A stretch of DNA of 64,000 bases. It comes from Candidatus Aenigmatarchaeota archaeon (GTDB taxonomy: Archaea; Aenigmatarchaeota; Aenigmatarchaeia; CG10238-14; SpSt-28). The first letter of the stretch is position 1, and each line of letters begins with the position of its first letter. Shown here in pieces: positions 1-9,889 of this stretch. The notes beneath the pieces were generated by a model. That model was not told the origin of the DNA. It did not search any database and saw nothing but the letters and a program-made list of their open reading frames with translations. The DNA lies in NCBI GenBank assembly GCA_025057985.1, contig JANXEV010000001.1:11131-75130 (forward strand). The letters run 5' to 3'. The position numbers and the translations under genes are program-made.

Positions 1-33
1 CCCATCTATCAGAATGTAGTTTCCTGGTTTCAT
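1..33 (-). CDS. 5'-terminal fragment of a gene running off the window (N-terminus MKPGNYILIDG...); possibly aIF5A-like
   Basis: Reverse complement of 1..33 reads ATG AAA CCA GGA AAC TAC ATT CTG ATA GAT GGG. Only 11 codons are visible, so the identity is a guess. Confidence 0.2.
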   Translation of the reverse strand, partial: MKPGNYILIDG

Positions 34-70
34 ATTTTTTATAACTTGGGTTGTTTTTTCGGCCATTTCC

Positions 71-277
71 TCACCTCGTAGCTAACTCTATGTCTTCTTT
101 TTTAACAGTCAATCTCTTTGCATGTTTTGCAAATTCTATAGCGTTGTTTGCTATCTTTTCGGAGATCGAGTCTATTGTTCTATCAACTTCAATCAAAGCC
201 TCTCTAGAAATTCTTTTTATTCCAACACTTCTGGCTAGTTTTAGTAACGTGTTTTTCTTGAATTTAAAACCTTCCAT
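71..277 (-). CDS. archaeal histone (HMf/HMt family, histone fold)
   Basis: The 68-aa protein (LARSVGIKRISREALIEVDRTIDSISEKIANNAIEFAKHAKRLTVKKEDIELA) lines up with archaeal HMfB-type histones (RV.S.DA...L...LEE....I...A...AKHAGRKT.K.EDIELA). Length and composition are typical. Confidence 0.8.
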   Translation of the reverse strand: MEGFKFKKNTLLKLARSVGIKRISREALIEVDRTIDSISEKIANNAIEFAKHAKRLTVKKEDIELATR

Positions 278-298
278 TTTAACTTTTATTGTAATTTT

Positions 299-309
299 AA
301 TTATAAATT
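299..309. promoter_or_regulatory. symmetric A-box/TATA-like element (AATTATAAATT) between the divergent histone and oxidoreductase genes; possible bidirectional promoter
   Basis: The near-palindromic AATTATAAATT lies about 20-27 nt upstream of both the plus-strand ATG at 323 and the minus-strand ATG at 277. Archaeal TATA boxes sit about -26 from the TSS and many archaeal mRNAs are leaderless. Confidence 0.3.
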
Positions 310-322
310 CTTTAATTTTTTT

Positions 323-2236
323 ATGATAGATGTTGTCTCAACTTGTATATACTGTGGGGTTGGATGCAAGCTTAGATACATCGTAGAAAATAATAAAATC
401 GTTAAAATTCTGCCGCACCCTAACGATAAAATCTCAGAAGGGCGACCATGTATAAAAGGTTTGACAATCAACGAAGTTGTAGAAAGTGGTAGAATAATAA
501 AACCGATGAAAAGAGTTGAAGGGAAACTGAAAGAAATCTCATGGAAAGAAGCCCTATCTATATTTTATAAGAAGTTGAAAAAGTTTTCACCTGATGAAAT
601 TTTTTTCACGGGAAGTGGAAAAATAACAAACGAGGATAATTTTATAATCCAAAAATTTGCTAGGTTAGTGATAAAAACAAACAATATAGATGGTTGTTGT
701 GCGAGACTTTGTCACATGCCCTCGGTGATCGCCTACAGAGATTCATTTGGTATACCGGCAAACCCGAATTTTTTTATAGATATATACAACGTAGACCTCT
801 TACTTGTCCTTGGTTCAAACCCAGCCACCAATTATCCAGCTTTTTTTGCAAAAGTGTTAAAAAACAGGGATAGGATAAAAATATTTGTAATATCTCCGAC
901 TTATTCCGAAACTTCAGAAATGGCCGATAAAGTTTTTTTGATAAATCCTGGTACAGAACTTCTCTTATTGAACGTAATAATAAAAGAATTGATAGAAAGA
1001 AAAGCTTTTAGAAGAAGGCCTATAGGTTTTGGTGATTTACATAAATCCGTGATCAGTTATTCTATCGAAGATGCTGAAAAAATTTGTGGAATTAGTAGAA
1101 GTGATATAGAATATTTGATAAACGAAATAATCAAGTGTAAAAACCTTGGTGCGATGCATGGAATGGGAGTTACTCAAAGGTTATATGCGGTAGAGACCGT
1201 ACAAGCTTTGTTGAACCTAGTAATTCTAATGAAGGGCAAAATTTTAAGCGGAAGGGGAGAAATAAATGTCCAAGGTTGTGGAGATATGTTGACTAATCCT
1301 GAGCCAATTCAGTTCAATCCGGATGCTGATTTAGAAAACTTGAAAAAAATTTGGGGTGAAGATCTTCCTAAAGAAAAAGGAATGAACATAATAGAAGCTT
1401 TAGGTTTTGGTAACGCAAAACTAGCAGTAATCTCCGCTTTCAATCCAGCACAGTCAATGCCAGATTTAAACAGAATTCATAGAAATTTGGAAAAAATGTT
1501 TGTGGTTCAATTTGACTCTTACTTTAATCTAACGTCCTACTTCTCCGATTTGATCCTACCGATTCCTCTTTTAATCGAAAGAGAAGGATCGATAACAAAT
1601 GCGGAAAGAAGGGTTGAATGGGTAGAAAAAGTTATAGATCCGCCAGGCGAATCGATAGAAATTTGGAAAGTTTTTAGCACTCTTGCAGAATTTTTCGATT
1701 CCGATAAGTTTGTTTATAAAGACGAGCTTGAAATATTTGAGGAGATCACGAAAATAGTTAAAAGCTATTCTAAAATAGATCCAAAATGGATAAAAGAAAG
1801 TGATATTTTTGCTGAGAAGAAAGAAAAATTCTTTAAAGTTCTACCGACCAGGTTTATAGGAGTGGAAAAGCAGACGAATCAAAAGTATCCATTTCTCCTC
1901 TATACCTTCCGGTCTAAATATCATTTTCTAACAAACGAGTCGACTGGAAAATCAAAAACATTGAACAGGGTAAAATACGGGCCGTATTTTTACATGAACC
2001 CTAATGATGCAAAAAAATTGAATCTAAAAAATTTAGATGAAGTTATCGTTGAAAGTTCCTGTGGAAAAGTTAACGGTTATGTATTCTTATCAGAAAAAAT
2101 TAGAGAAGGATATATCGGTGCTCACTTTCACTTTGAAAACCTTTTAGTCAATAAACTATATCCATTAGAATTCGATAAGAGAAGTTTTACTCCTAACTTT
2201 AAGTTAGTAGCAGTTAGGGTTAGGAAGGCTAGATAA
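323..2236 (+). CDS. molybdopterin oxidoreductase, formate dehydrogenase alpha-like catalytic subunit (Cys-type)
   Basis: An N-terminal [4Fe-4S] motif C-x2-C-x3-C...C (CIYCGVGCKL...RPCIKG) is present. A CH-MPSV active-site segment resembles the (U/C)H-x-PS of FdhA, and there is no in-frame TGA. The 637-aa length fits the family. Confidence 0.7.
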   Translation: MIDVVSTCIYCGVGCKLRYIVENNKIVKILPHPNDKISEGRPCIKGLTINEVVESGRIIKPMKRVEGKLKEISWKEALSIFYKKLKKFSPDEIFFTGSGKITNEDNFIIQKFARLVIKTNNIDGCCARLCHMPSVIAYRDSFGIPANPNFFIDIYNVDLLLVLGSNPATNYPAFFAKVLKNRDRIKIFVISPTYSETSEMADKVFLINPGTELLLLNVIIKELIERKAFRRRPIGFGDLHKSVISYSIEDAEKICGISRSDIEYLINEIIKCKNLGAMHGMGVTQRLYAVETVQALLNLVILMKGKILSGRGEINVQGCGDMLTNPEPIQFNPDADLENLKKIWGEDLPKEKGMNIIEALGFGNAKLAVISAFNPAQSMPDLNRIHRNLEKMFVVQFDSYFNLTSYFSDLILPIPLLIEREGSITNAERRVEWVEKVIDPPGESIEIWKVFSTLAEFFDSDKFVYKDELEIFEEITKIVKSYSKIDPKWIKESDIFAEKKEKFFKVLPTRFIGVEKQTNQKYPFLLYTFRSKYHFLTNESTGKSKTLNRVKYGPYFYMNPNDAKKLNLKNLDEVIVESSCGKVNGYVFLSEKIREGYIGAHFHFENLLVNKLYPLEFDKRSFTPNFKLVAVRVRKAR

Positions 2237-2237
2237 A

Positions 2238-2420
2238 ATGATTAGAGGGGCTCTGAGGGATTTGTTGATTTTATACGGTTGTATAATAGTGTTTCAAGGT
2301 TTGATGAATGGGAGCATAAAATTTGACTACGGTTTGTTTCTGACATTTCTGGCTATTTTTTTAATGACTTTATGGTTTATGTTGGAGAGAATAGGAATAA
2401 TACCTAAGGTCACTGAATAA
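2238..2420 (+). CDS. small hydrophobic membrane protein immediately downstream of the oxidoreductase
   Basis: The 60-aa ORF has two predicted TM helices and starts 2 nt after the upstream stop. It may be an anchor or partner subunit, or spurious. Confidence 0.25.
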   Translation: MIRGALRDLLILYGCIIVFQGLMNGSIKFDYGLFLTFLAIFLMTLWFMLERIGIIPKVTE

Positions 2421-3255
2421 CAAAATCTTCGATCAACTTTTTTAAGTCTATTTTTCTTTTTAATCTGGAATAAACTTTTTCGATTTGTTCTACTTCTTCA
2501 AACGTTTTTCTCTCCTCTTTAAAATAAACGCCTATCGGAATTTTTCCATCCTTTATAGACTGGAAATGGAATGAAATTGCCTCTTCTCTTGACTTCAAAG
2601 GGTTTTCTATTTTCATTAGCCTGTCCCTAACTTCGTTTCTAAAATCGTTGAAAGAAACGCAAGGTTGTAAAATATCGACTACTGCAAAACCTTTGTGCAG
2701 TAAAGCTTCTTTGAAAATTTGCTTTAAACTTTCTTGATCTAGAGCGTAGGCTCTTGCAACAAAAGAAGCATTACTTGCTAACAAAAGCAGGATAGGATCT
2801 AGTGGCTCTACTCTTTCTCCTTCCGGTCTGACTTTGGATTTAAAACCTTTTTTAGAAGTTGGTGCCGATTGACCTGTAGTGAGAGCAAAAGTTTCGTTGT
2901 TGTGAACAAAAACCTTAACGTCGATGTTGTATCTAGAAGCGTGAATTAAATGTTCTAACCCTTCAGCATACATGTCGCCATCACCGACAAAACAAACGAC
3001 TTTTAAATCTTTATTAGCAAGTTTTATGCCAAGAGATAGAGGTATAGACCTGCCGTGTAAAGCGTTTACTCCAGAAATGTTTAAATAGTCGAAAATTTTT
3101 CCATGACAACCTATTCCAGAATTAACGATCAGTTTTCTCACATCGATTTTTCCATCTCTAGATAACTCATCAATAACGCTGTCAAATGCATTAAGTATAA
3201 CAAAATTTGAACAACCTGGACACCAACTCGGTAAAATCTCAGACCTAACCGTCAT
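2410..3255 (-). CDS. 2-oxoacid:ferredoxin oxidoreductase beta subunit (TPP-binding)
   Basis: A GDG-x-M-x-AEG TPP-binding motif (GDGDMYAEG), a CPGC/GCHG cysteine pattern and 281-aa length point to the beta subunit. It overlaps the alpha-subunit gene by 4 nt. Confidence 0.8.
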   Translation of the reverse strand: MTVRSEILPSWCPGCSNFVILNAFDSVIDELSRDGKIDVRKLIVNSGIGCHGKIFDYLNISGVNALHGRSIPLSLGIKLANKDLKVVCFVGDGDMYAEGLEHLIHASRYNIDVKVFVHNNETFALTTGQSAPTSKKGFKSKVRPEGERVEPLDPILLLLASNASFVARAYALDQESLKQIFKEALLHKGFAVVDILQPCVSFNDFRNEVRDRLMKIENPLKSREEAISFHFQSIKDGKIPIGVYFKEERKTFEEVEQIEKVYSRLKRKIDLKKLIEDFVIQ

Positions 3256-4898
3256 TTCACCACCTTTATCATTTCTATTAACTCTTTTCGTGAAAAAGGT
3301 CTACCGTCGTATTTCAAAATCGGCACGATTTTATCCCCACCAAACCTATCTATCATAGATTTGAACTGTCCGAATGAATCATTTTCTACGACAAAAATTC
3401 TTTTTGCTTTCTCCATTTCTCGAGCTATAATTTTTTCCGGTAGTGGAGAGAGATAAATGACGTGTAAAAATTTGTAACCTTTCAATTCATTTAAAGCATC
3501 TAAAATTACTCCTTTATTAGAGCCGAAACTTACGATCAAGTTTTCTCCTTCACCAAAAATTTTACAAGTTTCGAATTTTTCCTCTACTTCTTTTTTTAAA
3601 CTATAAAATTTCTTCACTCTCTTTTCTTGCATTTTTTCAACTATATCTTTTTCTGTAGTAGTAAATCCTTTTTCGTCATGTTCATAGCTATTTGCTTTCA
3701 CTAAAAACTCATCTGGATATGCCCTTTGAGAAACACCATTTTCTGTTATTTCATAAGTTTTAAAGTCCCTCTCTGAATTTGAGGAACTTTCCAATAAAAA
3801 TTTACTAACCTCTACTCTAGGTTCTACCATTTCTTCGAAAGTAAAGTAACTTTCGGCTAGATGTTTGTCGGAGAGAATTATCGACAGGATGTTATACTTG
3901 AAAGATAGGTAGAAAGCTTCTACAGTTTTTTCAAAAGCTTCTTTCGGGTCACCAGGAGCCACCACAACCCTAGGAAAATAACCATGACCGGAATACAGTG
4001 CCGCGTTTAAATCAGATTGAGAGTGATAAGTAGGTATTCCTGTTGAAGGACCACTTCTTTGTGCCAAATAAACAACTAAGGGTATTTCAGTCATGCCTTG
4101 AAAACTTAAAGTTTCTGCCATCAAATCAAAACCTCCTCCTGACGTCCCAACCATAGAAACAGAACCACCAAAATTAGCACCAATCGAAGCGTTAACCACA
4201 GAAATCTCACTTTCTAGTTGGAAAGTTTTTATATCGTGTTTGTTTCTTAAGGAAGATAAAAAATGTAAAAGCTTGGTTGAAGGTGTCATAGGATAGGCGA
4301 AATAAAAATCTAAACCCGAATAAATGGCACCTAAACCTACAGCAGAAGTTCCATCCATAAATATCTTTGGGTTACCCTTATCCGGCAATTTTATTTCTTT
4401 CAAATTTTTATCCAAAATTTTAAAAGACTCTAAAGCGACTTTTTCGTTCAACTCTCCTAACTCGGTTCTTAAAACCTCTAATAAAGGTTGTATAGGTAGG
4501 TTAAAAACTTTGAAAAACATGCCTAAAAAAGCTGAATTCTTGGTTATATCTGGTGCTCCCAATTTTTTCAAAATTTCCTTATAGTTTAAAAAAATCACGT
4601 TGTCTTGTTTTAATTCTTCACCACAAATTACTACTCCGTCTTGTTTTAAATTTCTTATACATTTCTTAGCTATCGAAGAATTGAAAGCCAAAATAGCATC
4701 TAGATCCGTGTCGTGAGAGTTTATCTTTTTTTCAGAAAAAGAAACGATAGAAAAATCGCTTCCTCCTTTTATATAAGATCCGAATTCTCTGTAGACAAAA
4801 GAATAAAAACCAAGTTTTACTAAAGATTTAGCAAGAATTGTAGATGATTTTTCTATTCCTTCTCCAGCTTTGCCGCCTATAAGAACGTTAAATTTCAT
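3252..4898 (-). CDS. 2-oxoacid:ferredoxin oxidoreductase alpha subunit (fused gamma-alpha domains)
   Basis: The N-terminal gamma-like domain (KFNVLIGGKAGEGI) is followed by the alpha domain. This is the two-subunit OFOR arrangement seen in Sulfolobus-type enzymes. Confidence 0.8.
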   Translation of the reverse strand: MKFNVLIGGKAGEGIEKSSTILAKSLVKLGFYSFVYREFGSYIKGGSDFSIVSFSEKKINSHDTDLDAILAFNSSIAKKCIRNLKQDGVVICGEELKQDNVIFLNYKEILKKLGAPDITKNSAFLGMFFKVFNLPIQPLLEVLRTELGELNEKVALESFKILDKNLKEIKLPDKGNPKIFMDGTSAVGLGAIYSGLDFYFAYPMTPSTKLLHFLSSLRNKHDIKTFQLESEISVVNASIGANFGGSVSMVGTSGGGFDLMAETLSFQGMTEIPLVVYLAQRSGPSTGIPTYHSQSDLNAALYSGHGYFPRVVVAPGDPKEAFEKTVEAFYLSFKYNILSIILSDKHLAESYFTFEEMVEPRVEVSKFLLESSSNSERDFKTYEITENGVSQRAYPDEFLVKANSYEHDEKGFTTTEKDIVEKMQEKRVKKFYSLKKEVEEKFETCKIFGEGENLIVSFGSNKGVILDALNELKGYKFLHVIYLSPLPEKIIAREMEKAKRIFVVENDSFGQFKSMIDRFGGDKIVPILKYDGRPFSRKELIEMIKVVK

Positions 4899-4945
4899 TC
4901 TAAAAATAGATTTAGAGAAATAAATCCTTGAAAAAATGAGAGAAA

Positions 4946-5422
4946 TTAAATTTTTTTCATCTCGCTCATAATTCTCCTACCTTTTGGAGTTAAACTTTCT
5001 ATAAAATTTTTTCTCAAAATTCCAGAACCATAATAGTCGTTTTTGTTTTTTATCAAAACAAAATTATTCTCCTCACAATTTATCAACTCTTTCCAAAAAC
5101 AAGTCAACCCCTCCATATATCTTTTCAAATTTTCCTCGTCTAAAATAGCTATGTTTTTAGTCGCACTCTTTCCCACGATTTGACTACCTTCCGTAGAAAG
5201 TTGTATTTTTTCATTTTTTTTAATTTTTCCAAAATACAAACCAATGTAACTGGCTCTCCTTATCAAACTGTTTTTCAAACCTACTTTGTTAAACAAGTAT
5301 ATTTTACCCTTTTTGTTGATGAAAATTCGATAAACACTCAGATCTATCCTACATCCGTAGTTCTTTTCAATCAACTTCTCTATTTCTTCTATCCTCTCTT
5401 TTCCTACTTCCTCAACTTGCAT
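4946..5422 (-). CDS. PUA-domain protein, NIP7-like (ribosome biogenesis) candidate
   Basis: The 158-aa protein has a C-terminal PUA-like segment and sits next to an NSUN methyltransferase. The family call is made by eye only. Confidence 0.35.
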   Translation of the reverse strand: MQVEEVGKERIEEIEKLIEKNYGCRIDLSVYRIFINKKGKIYLFNKVGLKNSLIRRASYIGLYFGKIKKNEKIQLSTEGSQIVGKSATKNIAILDEENLKRYMEGLTCFWKELINCEENNFVLIKNKNDYYGSGILRKNFIESLTPKGRRIMSEMKKI

Positions 5423-6318
5423 ATAAAAAACCCCTCCGTCAAATTGTCAAAAGGATAAAATCTCATCGCACACTCAGAGTATTCATATCTAACACCTTTA
5501 TAACTCTCTATTCCTCTTCTGTATTTCAATCCTTTTAAATCTATTTTTACCGGCTCTAAACCTAACTTTTTCACGGCATAATCCAAATTTTCCTCGTTTT
5601 CTTCAGGATCCATCGAACAAGTCGAATAAACAATCTCTCCTCCTTCCTTCAAAACTTCAGCGGCACTTTTTAGAAGTTTTTTCTGCAAACTACTAAGTTT
5701 TTTAACCACATGTTCGCTCCAAAACTCTAAAACACTAAAACTGCTTATAAAGGTTCCGCTGGCGCTACAAGGAACGTCGACAAGTATTTTATCGAAAGTC
5801 ATTCCAAGCCTTTTTACATTCAAACCATTCATCATTGTCACGACTGTGTTCGTCGAACCTGTTTTTTGTAAATTGTTGGATAAGGCTTCTATTCTCCTAG
5901 GAGAGATGTCGTTTGCAATTATTAAACCTTTATTTTTCATTAATTCAACCATAAAAGTCGTTTTAGAACCAGGTGAAGCACAAAGATCTAACACAACTTC
6001 ATCTTCCTTCGGATTCAATACTATAGGCGGTACTAAGCTAGCCGCGTCTAAAATGTAAAAATAGCCTAGAAAAAATTCTTCAGATTTTGCTATCTTTTCC
6101 TCTGTCTCAACAAAAAACGCAGTCTCACACCAAGGAACCTGATGCAACTTCCATCCTTTTTCTTCCAATCTCTTCTTCAACTCATGTTTAGATATTTTCA
6201 AAGTGTTAACTCTAATCGTTTTCATAGGTCTAATATTCAAACATTCCTCTAACTTACTAAACTCGTCACCTAATATTTCTCTAAACTTCTTACTAAAGCC
6301 TGTTGGAAAACTTATCAT
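5404..6318 (-). CDS. NOL1/NOP2/Sun-family RNA cytosine-C5 methyltransferase (aTrm4/NSUN-like)
   Basis: SAM motif I DLCASPGSKTT and motif IV D-VPCS-SG (DKILVDVPCSASGT, with catalytic Cys) are present. It is 304 aa. Confidence 0.8.
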   Translation of the reverse strand: MISFPTGFSKKFREILGDEFSKLEECLNIRPMKTIRVNTLKISKHELKKRLEEKGWKLHQVPWCETAFFVETEEKIAKSEEFFLGYFYILDAASLVPPIVLNPKEDEVVLDLCASPGSKTTFMVELMKNKGLIIANDISPRRIEALSNNLQKTGSTNTVVTMMNGLNVKRLGMTFDKILVDVPCSASGTFISSFSVLEFWSEHVVKKLSSLQKKLLKSAAEVLKEGGEIVYSTCSMDPEENEENLDYAVKKLGLEPVKIDLKGLKYRRGIESYKGVRYEYSECAMRFYPFDNLTEGFFICKLRK

Positions 6319-6364
6319 TTACACTATTCTTAACTCAATTTATGAGTTTTTACCTTATAAAAAT

Positions 6365-7216
6365 TCAAGAAAATATAGTAAAAATCAAGATACCGACGAA
6401 AACCATGAAAAAGCTATGTTTTATACCAGCTATCACACTACCTTCAGACATTTTTCCAACAGCTAGACCAGCAAAAATACCTTGGATTATTATTATGTCT
6501 CTAAAAACGTTTTTGAAGAAAGGTGACAATTCAGCGGCTTGTGTAGTTTGTTTTTCCACATCCGTTATACCAGAGACGCTAACATCTAATCCAGGTAGTA
6601 GAAATTTTTCTATGGCAATTATTACACCTAGAAAAACGAAAAATATTATGTAACCCGTGGCTATTTGTCCTTGTAGGTATGCCATTCTTTCTTTCCTCAA
6701 CCTATCGATCTCTATAGCCACATTGGTTAAAGACTGAAAAGTATCGACGATGTTTCCACCAAATTTTTGAGCTTCTATAACCGATGCCACTATCCTACTT
6801 ATCATTTTCGACTTCGTCTCCTTTGCAAAAGTCTGAAGCGCTTCATCTATCGGTATACCCCATTCTAATCTAACCGAGAGTTTTTTTATGAAAGGTGTTA
6901 ATTCCTTATAATCATTCTTAGAAACAGACTTCAAGGCTTGAGGTAAAGTCAAACCCCCTCTAGATGCTTCAACAAAATCTCTAAGGAAGATAGGAAAATA
7001 CTCTTCTATATGTTTTTTTCTAGTATAAACTGAAATTTGATAAACTAGCAAAGGTAGTACCATCATCAGTGCGGCAAAAATGTTTATAAAAGAAAAAATT
7101 AGCCGAAATTCGGGCAGGCCTGAAAAAATTAGATAGTTTAATAATAGGAGAATTAAAGCAGCTACAATTCCTAAAACTATTGAGAATATAAATATTCTCT
7201 CCATTTTACATCTCAA
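6365..7216 (-). CDS. TadC/FlaJ-like polytopic membrane protein (type II secretion system F domain), half-size
   Basis: Multiple TM segments, 283 aa, immediately downstream of a TadB-like gene and a FlaI-family ATPase. It is paralogous in layout to 42233..43159. Confidence 0.55.
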   Translation of the reverse strand: MRCKMERIFIFSIVLGIVAALILLLLNYLIFSGLPEFRLIFSFINIFAALMMVLPLLVYQISVYTRKKHIEEYFPIFLRDFVEASRGGLTLPQALKSVSKNDYKELTPFIKKLSVRLEWGIPIDEALQTFAKETKSKMISRIVASVIEAQKFGGNIVDTFQSLTNVAIEIDRLRKERMAYLQGQIATGYIIFFVFLGVIIAIEKFLLPGLDVSVSGITDVEKQTTQAAELSPFFKNVFRDIIIIQGIFAGLAVGKMSEGSVIAGIKHSFFMVFVGILIFTIFS

Positions 7217-8075
7217 CCTCCATCGTGTTGAGGAATAGAATGAAGAAAACGTTTATCGAAGGGACTATCACATATGCTCCAAGCCAAACTAGATCTTTTA
7301 TACTCCAACCACCTAAAGTAGGCTGAATCATACTCATTATTGCTAACATCGCCACTAGGAAAAGGGGTGAAGTGACTATTATACCTGTGTAAAGCTCGGA
7401 CATCAAATCTAAGGTTCTTATGTATTTCTCTCTTTTTTTTCTATAGTCGAAAAGCGTTTGCTCTCCAACGGTCTTTAAATACAACTTTATGTTTCCTCCA
7501 CTCTCTATCGTCGTGATGAAACCGAACAAAAGTTGTTGTAAATCCTCAGATGGTGATCTCATCGCAGCTTCTTTTATGGCCGTTAAGGGATCCAGACCGA
7601 ATTCTTCAATGTTCCTAACGATTTTTTTAAATTCTTTAGAAATTTCACCATATTCTTCAAACTCTGAAATCAATTTAAACATTTGATAAGGCGGCAAACC
7701 AGAATCGACGAGCGCACTCATATGTATGAGCACAAAAGGTAGATTACCTTCTATTTTCTTTCTTCTAGAAATAATCCTTTGTGAGGGATAAAAATACATT
7801 ATTATAAACGAGAAGAAAGCGGCTAAAAACCCAACCAAAATAGAATAAGATACTGAGATGAACATCGATTTTGTGAAAATATATAAAATAAAAAAAGTAA
7901 GGATGGAAGCGTAAAAAAATCCTATGAGCGACAAAAATATCATTAAGCTCGCATAACTTATGAACGGCAGTTTGATGCCGGATTTTTGATAAGCATCCTT
8001 TAAGTTTTTAAAAAATTCTTCGTTTTTTTCTACCAGAGGCCCAAAAATTTTGGTTATCCCCGATATCAAACCCAT
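7206..8075 (-). CDS. TadB/FlaJ-like polytopic membrane protein, half-size
   Basis: 289 aa with N- and C-terminal TM clusters around a cytoplasmic domain (GSPII_F-like). It is adjacent to the ATPase. Confidence 0.55.
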   Translation of the reverse strand: MGLISGITKIFGPLVEKNEEFFKNLKDAYQKSGIKLPFISYASLMIFLSLIGFFYASILTFFILYIFTKSMFISVSYSILVGFLAAFFSFIIMYFYPSQRIISRRKKIEGNLPFVLIHMSALVDSGLPPYQMFKLISEFEEYGEISKEFKKIVRNIEEFGLDPLTAIKEAAMRSPSEDLQQLLFGFITTIESGGNIKLYLKTVGEQTLFDYRKKREKYIRTLDLMSELYTGIIVTSPLFLVAMLAIMSMIQPTLGGWSIKDLVWLGAYVIVPSINVFFILFLNTMEVEM

Positions 8076-8079
8076 AAAA

Positions 8080-9858
8080 TTAATTATTTCCCTCTTTCAT
8101 AAGTTTTAAACCCAAAAGTTTTAACACCGGATAGCTCCTTTTTCTTTCAATTCTCTTCTTTTCATCAAATTTTTCTACTATCTCCATTTTTTCTACTCTC
8201 TCAACTGGTTTACTTTCGACTACCACTTCTCCTAGAATTTGCCAGAACTTTTTAGGATCTTTGTAATATTCATTTATATTTTTGGTCACTTGAGTGTAGT
8301 CTTTTATTCCCTGATTCAACAACCATCTCAAAAATTTCTTTCTCCTTTCCAACTCTTTTAAAATCTCTTCATAAGAAACACCCATGTTGCTCGCTATTTT
8401 CTTAAGTTTTATACTTTCATTCAATTTTTGAAATGTATCTGATATTGGGTCCCACTTATAAATCGTTACCGTTTTAACATTACCATTTTCGTCGACTCTT
8501 TCTATTTCCTCTATTTCCTTTACCCTTCTTGCAGCTTTGCCTTTTTCCTTAGCGAATGTCATAACCACTATAACGTCTAAACTTTCTAGTAGAGAGGGTG
8601 GTAATTCTATCGGTGGGGAAATTAACCTTCTTACCACATCACCGGCAGAACCTGCGTGGAAAGTGCTTAAAGACGCATGACCAGAAGCTATCCCCTGAAA
8701 TAGAACATAAGCTTCTTCACCTCTAGTTTCTCCCACAATAACATAGTCTGGATTTTGTCTAAAAGCTTCTTTAAGTAAATCGAAAAGTGTAACTGAACCA
8801 TATTTTTCTCCAGAGGGTAAAGGTATACCGAATCCTGGTCTAGCTAGACCTGGCACCCAATGCTCGTGTACCAATCTTAATTCTCTCGTATCTTCGATTG
8901 AAACAATTTTCGCTTCTGGTTTTATGAACATACATATCGAGTTTAAGAATGAAGTTTTACCAGTAGCGGTTCCTCCGACGACCAACATCGAAGACCTATG
9001 TTCTATCAAAAGCCATAGGTAGGCTAAAACTTCTTCGTCGACCGTATTTAACTCAAGTTGTTCAACCGGAGAAAATGGTTTCTCCGTAAATTTTCTGATA
9101 GTAAAAGTTCCGCCTCTTGTTGCAACATCTTGGGCTATCGTGGCTGCAACTCTCGAACCGTCCGGTAAGCTAGAATCCAAAATCGGCTCAGCATAGCTAA
9201 CATACCTTCCACTTCTTTGAGCCAGCTTTATTATAAACTTTCTTAGTCTTTCCCCATCTGTAAAAACAACATTCGTTTTTAAGCTACCAAATCTTCTGTG
9301 TACAACATAAACCGGAATGTTTATACCATCACAACTTATGTCTTCGACGTATGGATCATTCAGAATTGTGTTAATCTCGTTGTATCCTATGAAATCTCTA
9401 TAAATATAGTACATCATCTTTAGGTATTGATTAACACTTAGTTTCAAACCAAGAGATTTTATCACCTTCTCCACGTTACTCTTTATATACTCCAAAGCCT
9501 TGCTTTCCTCTTTTATTTCCTCAAAACTTATCTCAACTAGTTCCATCAGATTCTTACAAATCTTGTCCAAAACTTCTTTCTCTTCTTTAGAAAGCTCCGG
9601 TTCGATAACTCTATAAATTAACATTTTTTGCTCACTATCCCATTTTATGTTAACATACGAGAATGGTTCTAGAACAGGATATGTGATGTCCACCTGTGTA
9701 ATGTCTTCGTATTTTTTAGGAAGCTCGACCATCTTAGAAACTTTTCTAAGTATAAAACCGGGTAAAGTTTTTTCCTCATTAGAAGATGTCATTTCCTTTA
9801 ATTTTTTGTAGCCAATACCCCTAAGACTTTTGATTTTCTCGGCTATAGACGTAACCAT
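8080..9858 (-). CDS. FlaI/TadA/VirB11-family secretion ATPase (archaeal type IV pilus/archaellum assembly ATPase)
   Basis: Walker A GGTATGKTS, Walker B/Asp box DYVIVGETRGEEA and a His box (HASLSTFHAG) are present. It is 592 aa. Confidence 0.8.
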   Translation of the reverse strand: MVTSIAEKIKSLRGIGYKKLKEMTSSNEEKTLPGFILRKVSKMVELPKKYEDITQVDITYPVLEPFSYVNIKWDSEQKMLIYRVIEPELSKEEKEVLDKICKNLMELVEISFEEIKEESKALEYIKSNVEKVIKSLGLKLSVNQYLKMMYYIYRDFIGYNEINTILNDPYVEDISCDGINIPVYVVHRRFGSLKTNVVFTDGERLRKFIIKLAQRSGRYVSYAEPILDSSLPDGSRVAATIAQDVATRGGTFTIRKFTEKPFSPVEQLELNTVDEEVLAYLWLLIEHRSSMLVVGGTATGKTSFLNSICMFIKPEAKIVSIEDTRELRLVHEHWVPGLARPGFGIPLPSGEKYGSVTLFDLLKEAFRQNPDYVIVGETRGEEAYVLFQGIASGHASLSTFHAGSAGDVVRRLISPPIELPPSLLESLDVIVVMTFAKEKGKAARRVKEIEEIERVDENGNVKTVTIYKWDPISDTFQKLNESIKLKKIASNMGVSYEEILKELERRKKFLRWLLNQGIKDYTQVTKNINEYYKDPKKFWQILGEVVVESKPVERVEKMEIVEKFDEKKRIERKRSYPVLKLLGLKLMKEGNN

Positions 9859-9889
9859 AAATATATTTTGATTTTGTCGTTTAAACCAT

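Noticed and set aside
323-2236. Possible selenocysteine (in-frame TGA) in the FdhA-like oxidoreductase
   Set aside because: The ORF is continuous and the active-site position reads Cys-His (LCHMPSV). There is no in-frame TGA and no SECIS-like hairpin was sought. It is a Cys-type enzyme.
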